Part shown: piece after piece, positions 50,601-58,128 of the stretch
Position numbering within the stretch: the first letter of the stretch is position 1
Layout: each line of letters opens with the position of its first letter
Virus record (IMG/VR): IMGVR_UViG_3300009703_000016
Location: 1,001 to 65,000 of that record
Direction: 5' to 3' (one strand)
DNA: 64,000 nucleotides
Origin: a virus
Position numbers and translations under genes: made by a program
The notes under the pieces: model-generated
Database searches by the model: none
What the model saw: only the letters and a program-made list of their open reading frames with translations
Told to the model about the DNA's origin: nothing

Positions 50601-50810
50601 GTCACCACGTCTACCCCTGTCTGTATTATAGCTAAGAACATTTGGCTTAACAGGTAAAATATTAGCTGGCTGCTTGTGTTCAGGAATAGAAAAGCCCTTA
50701 AGCTCAGGGCGAATAACTGGACCACGATCTTTGATTCCTACATTAATATTACTATCTGAAATAATAGGAAAATTTACCTTATCTCCAAGTTGAAAACCAA
50801 AAATATTCAT
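47616..50810 (-). CDS. Portal protein containing an intein
   Basis: Portal motifs VVHFYFNK...GTPTLVPVIDDIRALRKIEEN. Start taken at MNIFGF (AAGGG SD); the track start is 50837. C-terminal CDKC...IPPLH resembles a head-morphogenesis motif. Confidence 0.85.
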   Translation of the reverse strand: MNIFGFQLGDKVNFPIISDSNINVGIKDRGPVIRPELKGFSIPEHKQPANILPVKPNVLSYNTDRGRRGDFIQSEYDLSQVGRVEDTDSYVHQAYLKKIGLLFKEGYEFVGPNPRTIQYIKSRLDQIARATSIPTDELVKAIGSGLIKKSNAFLVKVRKESASGGQPRQVPGKEKLLQPIAGYFIAPPETMLVDADKFGKVRRWKQRMHDGSFKIFAAEDVVHFYFNKKEGLMFGTPTLVPVIDDIRALRKIEENIELLIYQHLFPLFHYQIGSDAQPATITEQGETEIEIARREIQYMPSEGGIVTSHRHNIELIGTENRALRAESYLEHFKKRVFSGLGISAVDMGEGECYDSSTQTLTESGWKFHWAIDHTKEKIATYNPESKRIEFHIANYKYENPYVGKMIKFKNSRVDILVTPNHDMWVCTNDECMWTKMSAKDILAGKAGYKCHLLSTTSFADKANVKLPHKDEISLAAVAGYIAGNEPMWNEPGDFLFLKGRRGTGQEEDIIKVLSDLEIPWTAQKVGNKNCIRIDANTLGGFFKKFTTVEAFSWAENFTLAARKVFACNFTKVAFRKRDSRSGGLEYYMRVTEPLVVDLIQRLLISAGYNCNISEKHSPEIGHFFYLRANLRERKARNRFLNIKRDVSEVDYSGIIYCYNVPNHLFVTRRNKLITIQGNTANRATSDNMSQNLVDSVKDIQRTLECQVNDFLVSELLLESNFGSDVLNQEHKVFLKFKEIDLDHQIKKENHHADLFAKNAITIHEARIGMGRQPFDIPTSLEAQEIEDLAEQFPEWHSTFWKLIDEPKALIQAVDEPFTPAAKAAAASRSTSVTETQRVEAGEEQLQAEERRAKTAAANKPQAKTTDFLTPKYNDLESDLVEMVNKNGFDFFLFRQLAISTQDSMSKDLNSRASAAFMRGYKELNSDSNQQIDASIRSRSKIQQRIDFYIERLIRDTINAVDRQSIADLSKGDRIHRVKAVFDSFRFRNKFMEDVEIRKAHNLGFLEAARDLKFSEWRIAAPEDSCDKCKNASADSHSIQSSFDLEEIPPLHASARAEIEVFNKE
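48777..49757 (-). mobile_element. Intein (327 aa) in the portal, with a degenerate LAGLIDADG region
   Basis: Starts GEGE|CYDSSTQTLTESGW, block B ILVTPNHDMW, ends CYNVPNHLFVTRRNKLITIQGN|T. Confidence 0.85.
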
Positions 50811-50817
50811 TCCCTTT

Positions 50818-52293
50818 TTAAACCTCTGTATTATCAAGTTCAGCCAAGAAGGCTGCTAGCTTATTGTCATCTGGGGTCTGTGCCTCAAAGAAACACTGTG
50901 GTATTACCCTTACTGGCGTATTAGCTTGAGTTATTATAGCATCAACTGCCTGATCTACCTCATTATTTCCAGTTGGATCAATTGTTATATTAGATTCTCC
51001 CAAAATATCGTTAACATTAGTATCAAGAACAAGCATGATATTATTTGTTGTCGTATCTACAGATATTAACACATTACTTTCTGGACCTAAGAATTCTTCA
51101 AAGAATTGGGTAAGAACAGAGTTTGCAGCCTCTGCATCTGGTATTTCACAATTCAACCCACCAGAAAGAGCCCGAACTGTAGCAATTAAAAATTGTATCA
51201 TCCTAACAATCAACAGCTTATCATATTGTTTTGTTAAGAATTCCAGTGTTTCCTGTTGACCCCCACCGACAAACTTATCCAGTTCAGATAGTAACTCAGC
51301 AAGAACACTTTCTACCTCCACTACACCACTTGTAACGATTCTTTTCAGATGAAAAACAGAAGAGCCTAGACTGTTCTGCATATTACTTATGTAGTCATCA
51401 TAGCTTAAACCTGCAGATCTAGCGCTTCGAAGTGCACCACTAACAGCTGGACTATTAAAATCTACACCTGTTAACTGCTCAGTGCCTGTTATGCCAGTGA
51501 TCTGTTCTAGTTCATTAGTTCTGCTTTCAATTGCTGAAATGTTCTGATTCTCTAAGAACCCACCGGTTTTTATTTTTTCTAGTGATGCGCTTAGTTGTCC
51601 TATTACACACTGTAGGGGGTCCGTAACAAGAACCTTGTATTGACCAAAAAGCTGTGTGATGTTTGTGAATATAGGTTCAAATATAGGCTGAATTAACAGC
51701 TTCATTATGTCAGTGCTCTCCAGTATCTCCTTGGATGTCTGCCTATATAACATTGCAGACATGAGGGATATCATTCTTTGTATATCAGGAATGCAAACAT
51801 CATTAAGAGCTTTTAGTAATAAACATGCATCTTGATATACGTCAGAGGCATTTAGCATATTCATAATAAAAGCTAACTGTTTTAGATAGTTCCCTAGTAG
51901 ATCTTCAAGTGTATTAAGAAGGGTATCGTTTAAGCTAAGCGCCAAGTCTGCCCTAAATTTTAATCGTAGAGAGCAAGGGACACATTTCTCTAGCCACTCT
52001 AATCCCAAGCCAGACATTTGATTTCCAGCTGCAAGAATTCCAGAAGCGTCGATGGGAAGTTCCACGCTAATACTGGATTCTGAAGCTGCATTTAACAACT
52101 GTTGTATTATATCAGGGATTGGTGGTGATATAGCATTGGTAAGGTTTGAGCTGGCACTATCGGCACCCACCTGCATCATTACAGTGCAGGACATTAGACC
52201 CCCAATAACATTATCCTCCGCAGGCGCAGAGAGCATCTTCTTCTGGAAAAGTTTAGCGACCTGCGAACAGTCTTGTAGTTTCGTAGCTTCCAT
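50818..52293 (-). CDS. Hypothetical helical, Cys-containing protein (probably virion)
   Basis: 491 aa between terminase and portal with scattered Cys pairs (KCVPCS). No family recognised. Confidence 0.6.
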   Translation of the reverse strand: MEATKLQDCSQVAKLFQKKMLSAPAEDNVIGGLMSCTVMMQVGADSASSNLTNAISPPIPDIIQQLLNAASESSISVELPIDASGILAAGNQMSGLGLEWLEKCVPCSLRLKFRADLALSLNDTLLNTLEDLLGNYLKQLAFIMNMLNASDVYQDACLLLKALNDVCIPDIQRMISLMSAMLYRQTSKEILESTDIMKLLIQPIFEPIFTNITQLFGQYKVLVTDPLQCVIGQLSASLEKIKTGGFLENQNISAIESRTNELEQITGITGTEQLTGVDFNSPAVSGALRSARSAGLSYDDYISNMQNSLGSSVFHLKRIVTSGVVEVESVLAELLSELDKFVGGGQQETLEFLTKQYDKLLIVRMIQFLIATVRALSGGLNCEIPDAEAANSVLTQFFEEFLGPESNVLISVDTTTNNIMLVLDTNVNDILGESNITIDPTGNNEVDQAVDAIITQANTPVRVIPQCFFEAQTPDDNKLAAFLAELDNTEV

Positions 52294-52297
52294 AATA

Positions 52298-52969
52298 TTA
52301 AACGGGATTTACAGGAATACCTGGACCCACAGGCGACCCTGGCGCTGGAGTTGTTACATTATGTATGTGACCAGCGATTTTTGAGTTCACATAAAGAGAT
52401 CTTAGTGGATGCAGCATTAAGAACATTAAAGGTATAGTTGCAATTAGATATGCAGGAATAGGTACAGGTGGAATAATAATAGACATCTGATTAAGCTCAG
52501 GTCGCCTATCTTCTCCTGCTCCCCCAAAGTTAGTTTCAGGACCAGGATTAACAGCAGGAATCTGATTTCTCTGCCCAGCATCTTTTCCGTGTGCTTTTAA
52601 ATCAGACATACACTTTCTATACATAGGAAATGTTATTTCTGTACAAACTTTAATACCAGAGAGATTGGGCAGTTCTTTTGCGCAATCTGGAAACAACCTG
52701 GCGGCTGCTTGTGCTGTTGCAAACTCTTCTGGATTATCGGGGTTTAGTGTTAAGACAACATCTTTTGCACGATCTGCAATTAGCTGTTCTGCGATCACGG
52801 CTGCTTTATTTAAATTTGTAAACCCATCAATGAGCTGTTGTATACGCTCAGGTGTTTCTATTGGAGGAGTAGATGGAGAAGGCTCTGGAATAGTATCTAC
52901 AGACCTTGGTCCAACGAACTGGATCAAGGGTCTCCTATTTAAAATAGATTTATTAAACGCATCTAGCAC
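52298..52969 (-). CDS. Hypothetical protein
   Basis: 223 aa with a Pro-rich hydrophobic C-terminus. GTG start. Confidence 0.55.
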   Translation of the reverse strand: MLDAFNKSILNRRPLIQFVGPRSVDTIPEPSPSTPPIETPERIQQLIDGFTNLNKAAVIAEQLIADRAKDVVLTLNPDNPEEFATAQAAARLFPDCAKELPNLSGIKVCTEITFPMYRKCMSDLKAHGKDAGQRNQIPAVNPGPETNFGGAGEDRRPELNQMSIIIPPVPIPAYLIATIPLMFLMLHPLRSLYVNSKIAGHIHNVTTPAPGSPVGPGIPVNPV

Positions 52970-52970
52970 T

Positions 52971-53417
52971 TTAGATTAGATTCTCCTGGCCATGTAGAAC
53001 AAACTGCACATCATCAAATGTTTGAACGTCTAGCCCTGCTGGGATTTCAATTCTTACCCAGAAGGGTAGAAAAGTAGATGTATCTGGAGATGATGGTGCA
53101 CCTATATCTGTGAAGTTAATAGTGTTGGCTGCTGCTGTATTATCCCAGTCAGCCTGAGTTGGTTGATTGTCGCCCTCAGATAGCTTCCACGTAAAACTAT
53201 CTACTGATCTATCAACAATATTATTACCGCTAGTATCCTGCACTGTCATGGTGATATTGTCGTAATAATAAAGAGCACTATTATTTCTGACATATAAACG
53301 AAACTGTTTATAGCCGCCTGATCTACCATCGAATGTTACAGCTAGTGGATTAATTAGATCGCCGTTCTGGGATAGTACAGAATCGTTACTTGCCAGTAGG
53401 TATATTGCTAATGCCAT
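52971..53417 (-). CDS. Putative virion beta-sandwich protein
   Basis: 148 aa (FRLYVRNNS...FLPFWVRIEIPAG), directly downstream of TerL. Confidence 0.5.
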   Translation of the reverse strand: MALAIYLLASNDSVLSQNGDLINPLAVTFDGRSGGYKQFRLYVRNNSALYYYDNITMTVQDTSGNNIVDRSVDSFTWKLSEGDNQPTQADWDNTAAANTINFTDIGAPSSPDTSTFLPFWVRIEIPAGLDVQTFDDVQFVLHGQENLI

Positions 53418-53427
53418 TTATATCACC

Positions 53428-56400
53428 TTAAATATTCTTGCGCTTGGGTGGACCACCACGTGCGCCTTTTCTAAAGTCGGAACCTCTCCCAGGGGAAACA
53501 TTTGACCTACCTGGAATATAAGACTCTTTCCGTTGTTTTTCAACTGGTTCTGTCCAAAGCGGTAAAGATTCTCTTGCTCTATATCCAAACTGAGTCTTAT
53601 TTGGATTTTCAAAGGCAGATCTGTCATTGTCTGGCTTAGCAGCCTGTGCCTGCTGTAGCTGAGTAGGTGCGCCGCTTCCCATGTTTGGATCAAAATTATT
53701 GTGTCTTATTGGAGAAAACAATATGCGATGATCTGATCCAGGCTTGCCAAACGAGGTTTTTTCAAGAGTGAAGGCAACAAGAGCTAGCATTAAGGCATCA
53801 AGATTGTGATCTCCCAAGCCCTCACTGTTTGTAGCATACACAAACTGTCCAGTTGGAGATACGTTCTTGACTATGTAACCCATCAACTCTGCTGCCATCT
53901 GAATGTCACTTTCGGGGAATAGAATATCTCCAGCTTCAAACCTTCTAACTGAATTTTCAACTAAGAAGCCCTTTGCTGGTTTATTAACCTTTTCTTTAGT
54001 AAAGGGATCGTGGGTCTCTACCTTGCTTCCGAAGTCATAAGCTTTAACAATAAAAGGAAGTCTTGAGTCAATATGCTTAGGTCCCTTCTCTGGATTAGAC
54101 ATTGAGTCATAACCAAACTTATGCAGTACTTCTACTTGCATTGCTCCATAGCCACGATCTACATAAATAGCGAATGGTCTCCACTTTCTATTAAACTCTG
54201 CGATACGATCGCATGCTGCAAGTTGTGTCCAGCCTGCTCTTTGAACAATGTCCTGATCTACAATGTAGAACTTACTAGTTGCTGGATTAAAACCAATCAC
54301 TCTGATGGTTGTACCAATAGCTGGAGAGTTCCAGTCTACACCTATACTATATAGCCAGCTTGGCTGTGGAGACATGTCTTCATATTCATAATCAACCTGT
54401 GCAGCCTCAACGTATTGAACCTGGAAGACACCCTCTTCTTGTTCACCAAAGTCAGCCAAGACTTCATGCTTATAGCCGATATCCGTATACTCATCTCTAA
54501 AGTATTGTTCCATCTCTGGATCCCAGTTAGGATTAACTGCTGATGAGTAATGAAACTCTCGCCACTTATCAGAACGACAGTTGTCATAGAACTTCTCACG
54601 TTTACCAGATGGAGTGGAACTCATCCAAACAAGAGCGTCTGGATGGTCAATGGTGATAGCCATAGCAGCTTCGACATCAGCTTTACTTAGATAATCTGCT
54701 TCATCAAACACAAGCATGTTAGCATCTTGACCACGAGCACTAGCTGCACCACTTCCTGACTTAGTTCCTGCAGTGAAACCCTTTATATAGGAACCATTGT
54801 GAAGCTCCATCGAATATTGAGGAGCTTTAACGTTTCGTCTAATAGAGTTAGAAAGTGCAGGTTTACTTTGTAGTAGTTCTTGTAAACGAGCAAAGATTAG
54901 ATCAATTTGTGATTGAAAAGGAGTGATGAGAACAACTTTAAAATTGTTATTAGTGAACATGTGAAACAGAATAGATATAACAAGACTCTCTGTCTTGCCT
55001 GCTCGACGCCCAATACGAAAGATTTTTCTTTCTGCTGTACAATTATGAACTATGACCCCATCACTAACAAAGTTGTGACGTGTATCTACCTCTATATCGT
55101 AGACAGGTTCTTGGCCAATCAACTCTATGCTTTTAATTTTAGTTCTAGTAGTAGTCTTTAGTTTTCCACGCTTTTTATTATGATTCCTTTTTTTAGTTTC
55201 TGACAAAGCTAATAAAGACTTCTGTTCCTTTCCATAGATAGGACCAGAAAAATTCAGAAAGGTTTCTATATCACTAATTCTATTAATAACTAGAGACCTA
55301 GATACGTCTCCATTCTTTTTCATATCGACATAGACCTTACTCGTTGCAATGCCAATCTTTTTTAACAACAGTCTATATAATCTCAAGAAGTCATCACTAC
55401 CGCTAGATAGTGACAATACTACCCTTAGGTGGCTTAGGTGGTTTTCTTTTTTAAGATAAACACAACCATCACCAGACCACGACCTGTTAATAAAATAAGA
55501 CAATGCTTCTTTTGAAAACTTAAATGCAAAATTAGTAATAGATAACTCTCTCGTATATTTATCCCTACAGCCGATATCTCTTAAAAACACCAGTAGCGGA
55601 TGTGATTTGCCAGATATGCTAATTGTCCAAAATTCTTTATGAGAAACCCCATCCTTGCTAATTTGAGCAGGCCTGTAGGATACTAGTGGACGATTTGTTT
55701 TAAAATGTTTTTGAACTAAATCAGCGAACTCTTCAACATATTCTCTTCTTGTATTTGAAAACTGAACAACATGCTTTTGACCAACAACGCTAGTATTAGA
55801 TACGTAACCATCTGTCACAATATAACCTAATAGCTTTGCAAGATTGATTGAATTTTCGTTTCCAAATATTCCAAAGCTATTTAATGTATATACACGATCA
55901 CCCACAGAGAGCCCCTTTTCTATAGAGGAGTAGACTCTTTTAAAGGACTTGTGACCAAATAATTGATTAGTTGCCCCAGCTTTAACCCATGAAAGAATAG
56001 GGTGATTGTCAGTTACTTTTAATATATCACCATTAGTGAGTTCTATTTTATAGATATTTTTGAGACCATTATCCCAGGTGTTTAATACTTTATAAGAGTT
56101 TTGAGTCTGTTTTCTATTTTCATTATAGGTAACAACCTTGTCTCCAACTTTTACATCCTTGATGTTTCTAACAGTTCCATCAGCTAGAAATATTTTAGAA
56201 TCCCCTTGTAAACAACGGAGCATTTCTGCCTGATAAGGACGATGGTAGTTAGAGGCTCTTCCTGGAAACCTCTCTACCAACCTGTCACGTTCTTCTGCAT
56301 TTTTTCTTATCCAGACACTGTGATCTGGATCAAGACAATGCCAATCTAAAACTTCTGCTGCCCAAGTTACAGGATCCAGAAGCAGGGCAATGTTGTCATG

Positions 56401-56559
56401 TGCTGGAATGAGTGATGCTGTTTCATCACCTACATAAGATTCAGGGATGCCTCCACATTGAATCTGGAAGGTTGAGCCCTTTTTTAGCTTATGCTTGCAG
56501 GTGTAATTCTTAACGCAACTACGACAAGTTTCACTTGTATTTAATAGATTGAGTGCCAA
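53428..56559 (-). CDS. terL: Terminase large subunit containing an intein
   Basis: RPYQAEML, Walker A GRRAGKT, Walker B MLVFDEADY, SSTPSG coupling motif, nuclease IGVDWN...YVDRGYG...DHNLDAL. TTG start. Confidence 0.93.
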   Translation of the reverse strand: MALNLLNTSETCRSCVKNYTCKHKLKKGSTFQIQCGGIPESYVGDETASLIPAHDNIALLLDPVTWAAEVLDWHCLDPDHSVWIRKNAEERDRLVERFPGRASNYHRPYQAEMLRCLQGDSKIFLADGTVRNIKDVKVGDKVVTYNENRKQTQNSYKVLNTWDNGLKNIYKIELTNGDILKVTDNHPILSWVKAGATNQLFGHKSFKRVYSSIEKGLSVGDRVYTLNSFGIFGNENSINLAKLLGYIVTDGYVSNTSVVGQKHVVQFSNTRREYVEEFADLVQKHFKTNRPLVSYRPAQISKDGVSHKEFWTISISGKSHPLLVFLRDIGCRDKYTRELSITNFAFKFSKEALSYFINRSWSGDGCVYLKKENHLSHLRVVLSLSSGSDDFLRLYRLLLKKIGIATSKVYVDMKKNGDVSRSLVINRISDIETFLNFSGPIYGKEQKSLLALSETKKRNHNKKRGKLKTTTRTKIKSIELIGQEPVYDIEVDTRHNFVSDGVIVHNCTAERKIFRIGRRAGKTESLVISILFHMFTNNNFKVVLITPFQSQIDLIFARLQELLQSKPALSNSIRRNVKAPQYSMELHNGSYIKGFTAGTKSGSGAASARGQDANMLVFDEADYLSKADVEAAMAITIDHPDALVWMSSTPSGKREKFYDNCRSDKWREFHYSSAVNPNWDPEMEQYFRDEYTDIGYKHEVLADFGEQEEGVFQVQYVEAAQVDYEYEDMSPQPSWLYSIGVDWNSPAIGTTIRVIGFNPATSKFYIVDQDIVQRAGWTQLAACDRIAEFNRKWRPFAIYVDRGYGAMQVEVLHKFGYDSMSNPEKGPKHIDSRLPFIVKAYDFGSKVETHDPFTKEKVNKPAKGFLVENSVRRFEAGDILFPESDIQMAAELMGYIVKNVSPTGQFVYATNSEGLGDHNLDALMLALVAFTLEKTSFGKPGSDHRILFSPIRHNNFDPNMGSGAPTQLQQAQAAKPDNDRSAFENPNKTQFGYRARESLPLWTEPVEKQRKESYIPGRSNVSPGRGSDFRKGARGGPPKRKNI
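55042..56214 (-). mobile_element. Intein (391 aa) with a LAGLIDADG homing endonuclease in TerL
   Basis: MLR|CLQGDSKIFLADG...KVTDNHPI...LLGYIVTDG...SWSGDGCV...VYDIEVDTRHNFVSDGVIVHN|C. Confidence 0.95.
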
Positions 56560-56562
56560 TGA

Positions 56563-57042
56563 TTAGATACCGCCGCCGAAGCTGCCAACTCCAAGGTTCC
56601 CTCTAAGGCTAGCGCCTAAGTTACCATATGATCTACGTGCTAAGCTCGCCATGTAATTGAAGTCTCTGCGGCCCTGAGCCCCCATGTTTCCCATACCACG
56701 CATTGCGCTAATCCCCAATCGTTGACCACCTGAGATATCCCCTGTTATCCCTTTCATACCACGTAGGTGTCCTGATCTATATCCACGTCTAGCACCGCGC
56801 ATGCCAGCTCTACCATAGCGACCCATAGCAGCGCCACCCATGGCTCCAGTAAGGGCTCCGCCCAAACGACTTTGTCCACGGTCACGACCTATAGTTCCAC
56901 CATAGATGCCGCCACCAGCTGCTCCAGCTAGAGTTGCCATATTAGCAGCACCGATTGCTTGAGACCCCCGACTAAAAGCACCTTTGGCAAAATATGCGCC
57001 ATCGCCAACCACACTACCTAAGAAAAAACCTGCCCCTGGCAT
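56563..57042 (-). CDS. Gly/Arg/Met-rich small protein, candidate internal or ejection protein
   Basis: 159 aa of low complexity (GAAMGRYGRAGMRGARRGYRSG). Confidence 0.55.
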   Translation of the reverse strand: MPGAGFFLGSVVGDGAYFAKGAFSRGSQAIGAANMATLAGAAGGGIYGGTIGRDRGQSRLGGALTGAMGGAAMGRYGRAGMRGARRGYRSGHLRGMKGITGDISGGQRLGISAMRGMGNMGAQGRRDFNYMASLARRSYGNLGASLRGNLGVGSFGGGI

Positions 57043-57055
57043 ATTAAAACAACTC

Positions 57056-57511
57056 CTATCTGTGAAGAATTCTAGCTTCGTTGCCTAGAGTTCTAGACAT
57101 TGCAGACCTATCTCTAGAAAGAGATCTTGCTGACTGCATCTTCATTTGATTTAGTGTACCATAACTATCCATAAATGGTCTATACATGTTAACTTGCCGA
57201 TTAGAAGTGTAAATCTCCTTACCCTTTTGGTATGCAAAATATCCACCAACGGCTGCAGCTCCAACAGCCCATCCATGAGGACCAGCGCTTATTGCCATAT
57301 CAAACAGTGCTGCTTCACCCAGACCCATTAACACACCAGCACCAGCACCGTAGTCTTGTCCATAGGAGTAATATCCCGTTCCAGCGCTAATACCATAACC
57401 TGCAACTGTTGCAGTTCCAATAGCTCCTGCTTTAGCAAAACCTGCTGCACTACGAACTTTTTGAGATCTACCGACAGCAGAAAGACCAGTTGATATAAAT
57501 CTACTTATCAT
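57056..57511 (-). CDS. Gly/Ala-rich amphipathic protein, candidate ejection protein
   Basis: 151 aa with GxxxG hydrophobic helices and a basic C-terminus. Confidence 0.55.
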   Translation of the reverse strand: MISRFISTGLSAVGRSQKVRSAAGFAKAGAIGTATVAGYGISAGTGYYSYGQDYGAGAGVLMGLGEAALFDMAISAGPHGWAVGAAAVGGYFAYQKGKEIYTSNRQVNMYRPFMDSYGTLNQMKMQSARSLSRDRSAMSRTLGNEARILHR

Positions 57512-58119
57512 CTTGTTCTACTCCCGTGAAGTCCAAAGACAAGACCCTGAGTGGACTGTTGAAACTCTGTAGACCGATAACTTGATCTTTTAAATTGTTG
57601 AGTATAGGATTTCATTTCACTTCGCATTGCACTTGCTCCCTGAGCTGCAGCCTGTAGCCCCCCAACTGGATCATCAGATAACATTCCATAGGCAAGGAGT
57701 CCCGCACCTGCGACTGCCCCTATCTGAGGAATAGATGCACCAAATGCTAATTTAGAAAATGCATTTGCAGCTTTATAAGACTTATTAGCAGCTGGACTTG
57801 TTGCAGCACGATATAAACCACTTACACCACTACCTGCTAAGCTTGCTGTCTTTAAGGCTGCCCCGCCAATCATCTTTCCCCTTCCAGCCCACACCTTTCT
57901 ACTTCTACTTCTCATTTTCTTCTCTAGAAAAGAATCGTGTGCGCCTACATCTGGGGTAAAGCTCATAGCTCTGGAGGTTGCACCTGTTAGGTTCTTTCCT
58001 GAACTCATATTTATATTACGATAGGGTTGAGGACTACCATAATATCCCTGTGCAAAGTCTTTTGATGAGTTTGGCAGGCCAATTGGAATATTATGATATG
58101 CATCTTGTAAAAAGCTCAT
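57508..58119 (-). CDS. Gly/Ala-rich basic protein, candidate ejection protein
   Basis: 203 aa with a hydrophobic segment IGAVAGAGLLAYGML. Coupled to its neighbours. Confidence 0.55.
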   Translation of the reverse strand: MSFLQDAYHNIPIGLPNSSKDFAQGYYGSPQPYRNINMSSGKNLTGATSRAMSFTPDVGAHDSFLEKKMRSRSRKVWAGRGKMIGGAALKTASLAGSGVSGLYRAATSPAANKSYKAANAFSKLAFGASIPQIGAVAGAGLLAYGMLSDDPVGGLQAAAQGASAMRSEMKSYTQQFKRSSYRSTEFQQSTQGLVFGLHGSRTR

Positions 58120-58128
58120 TATATGATT

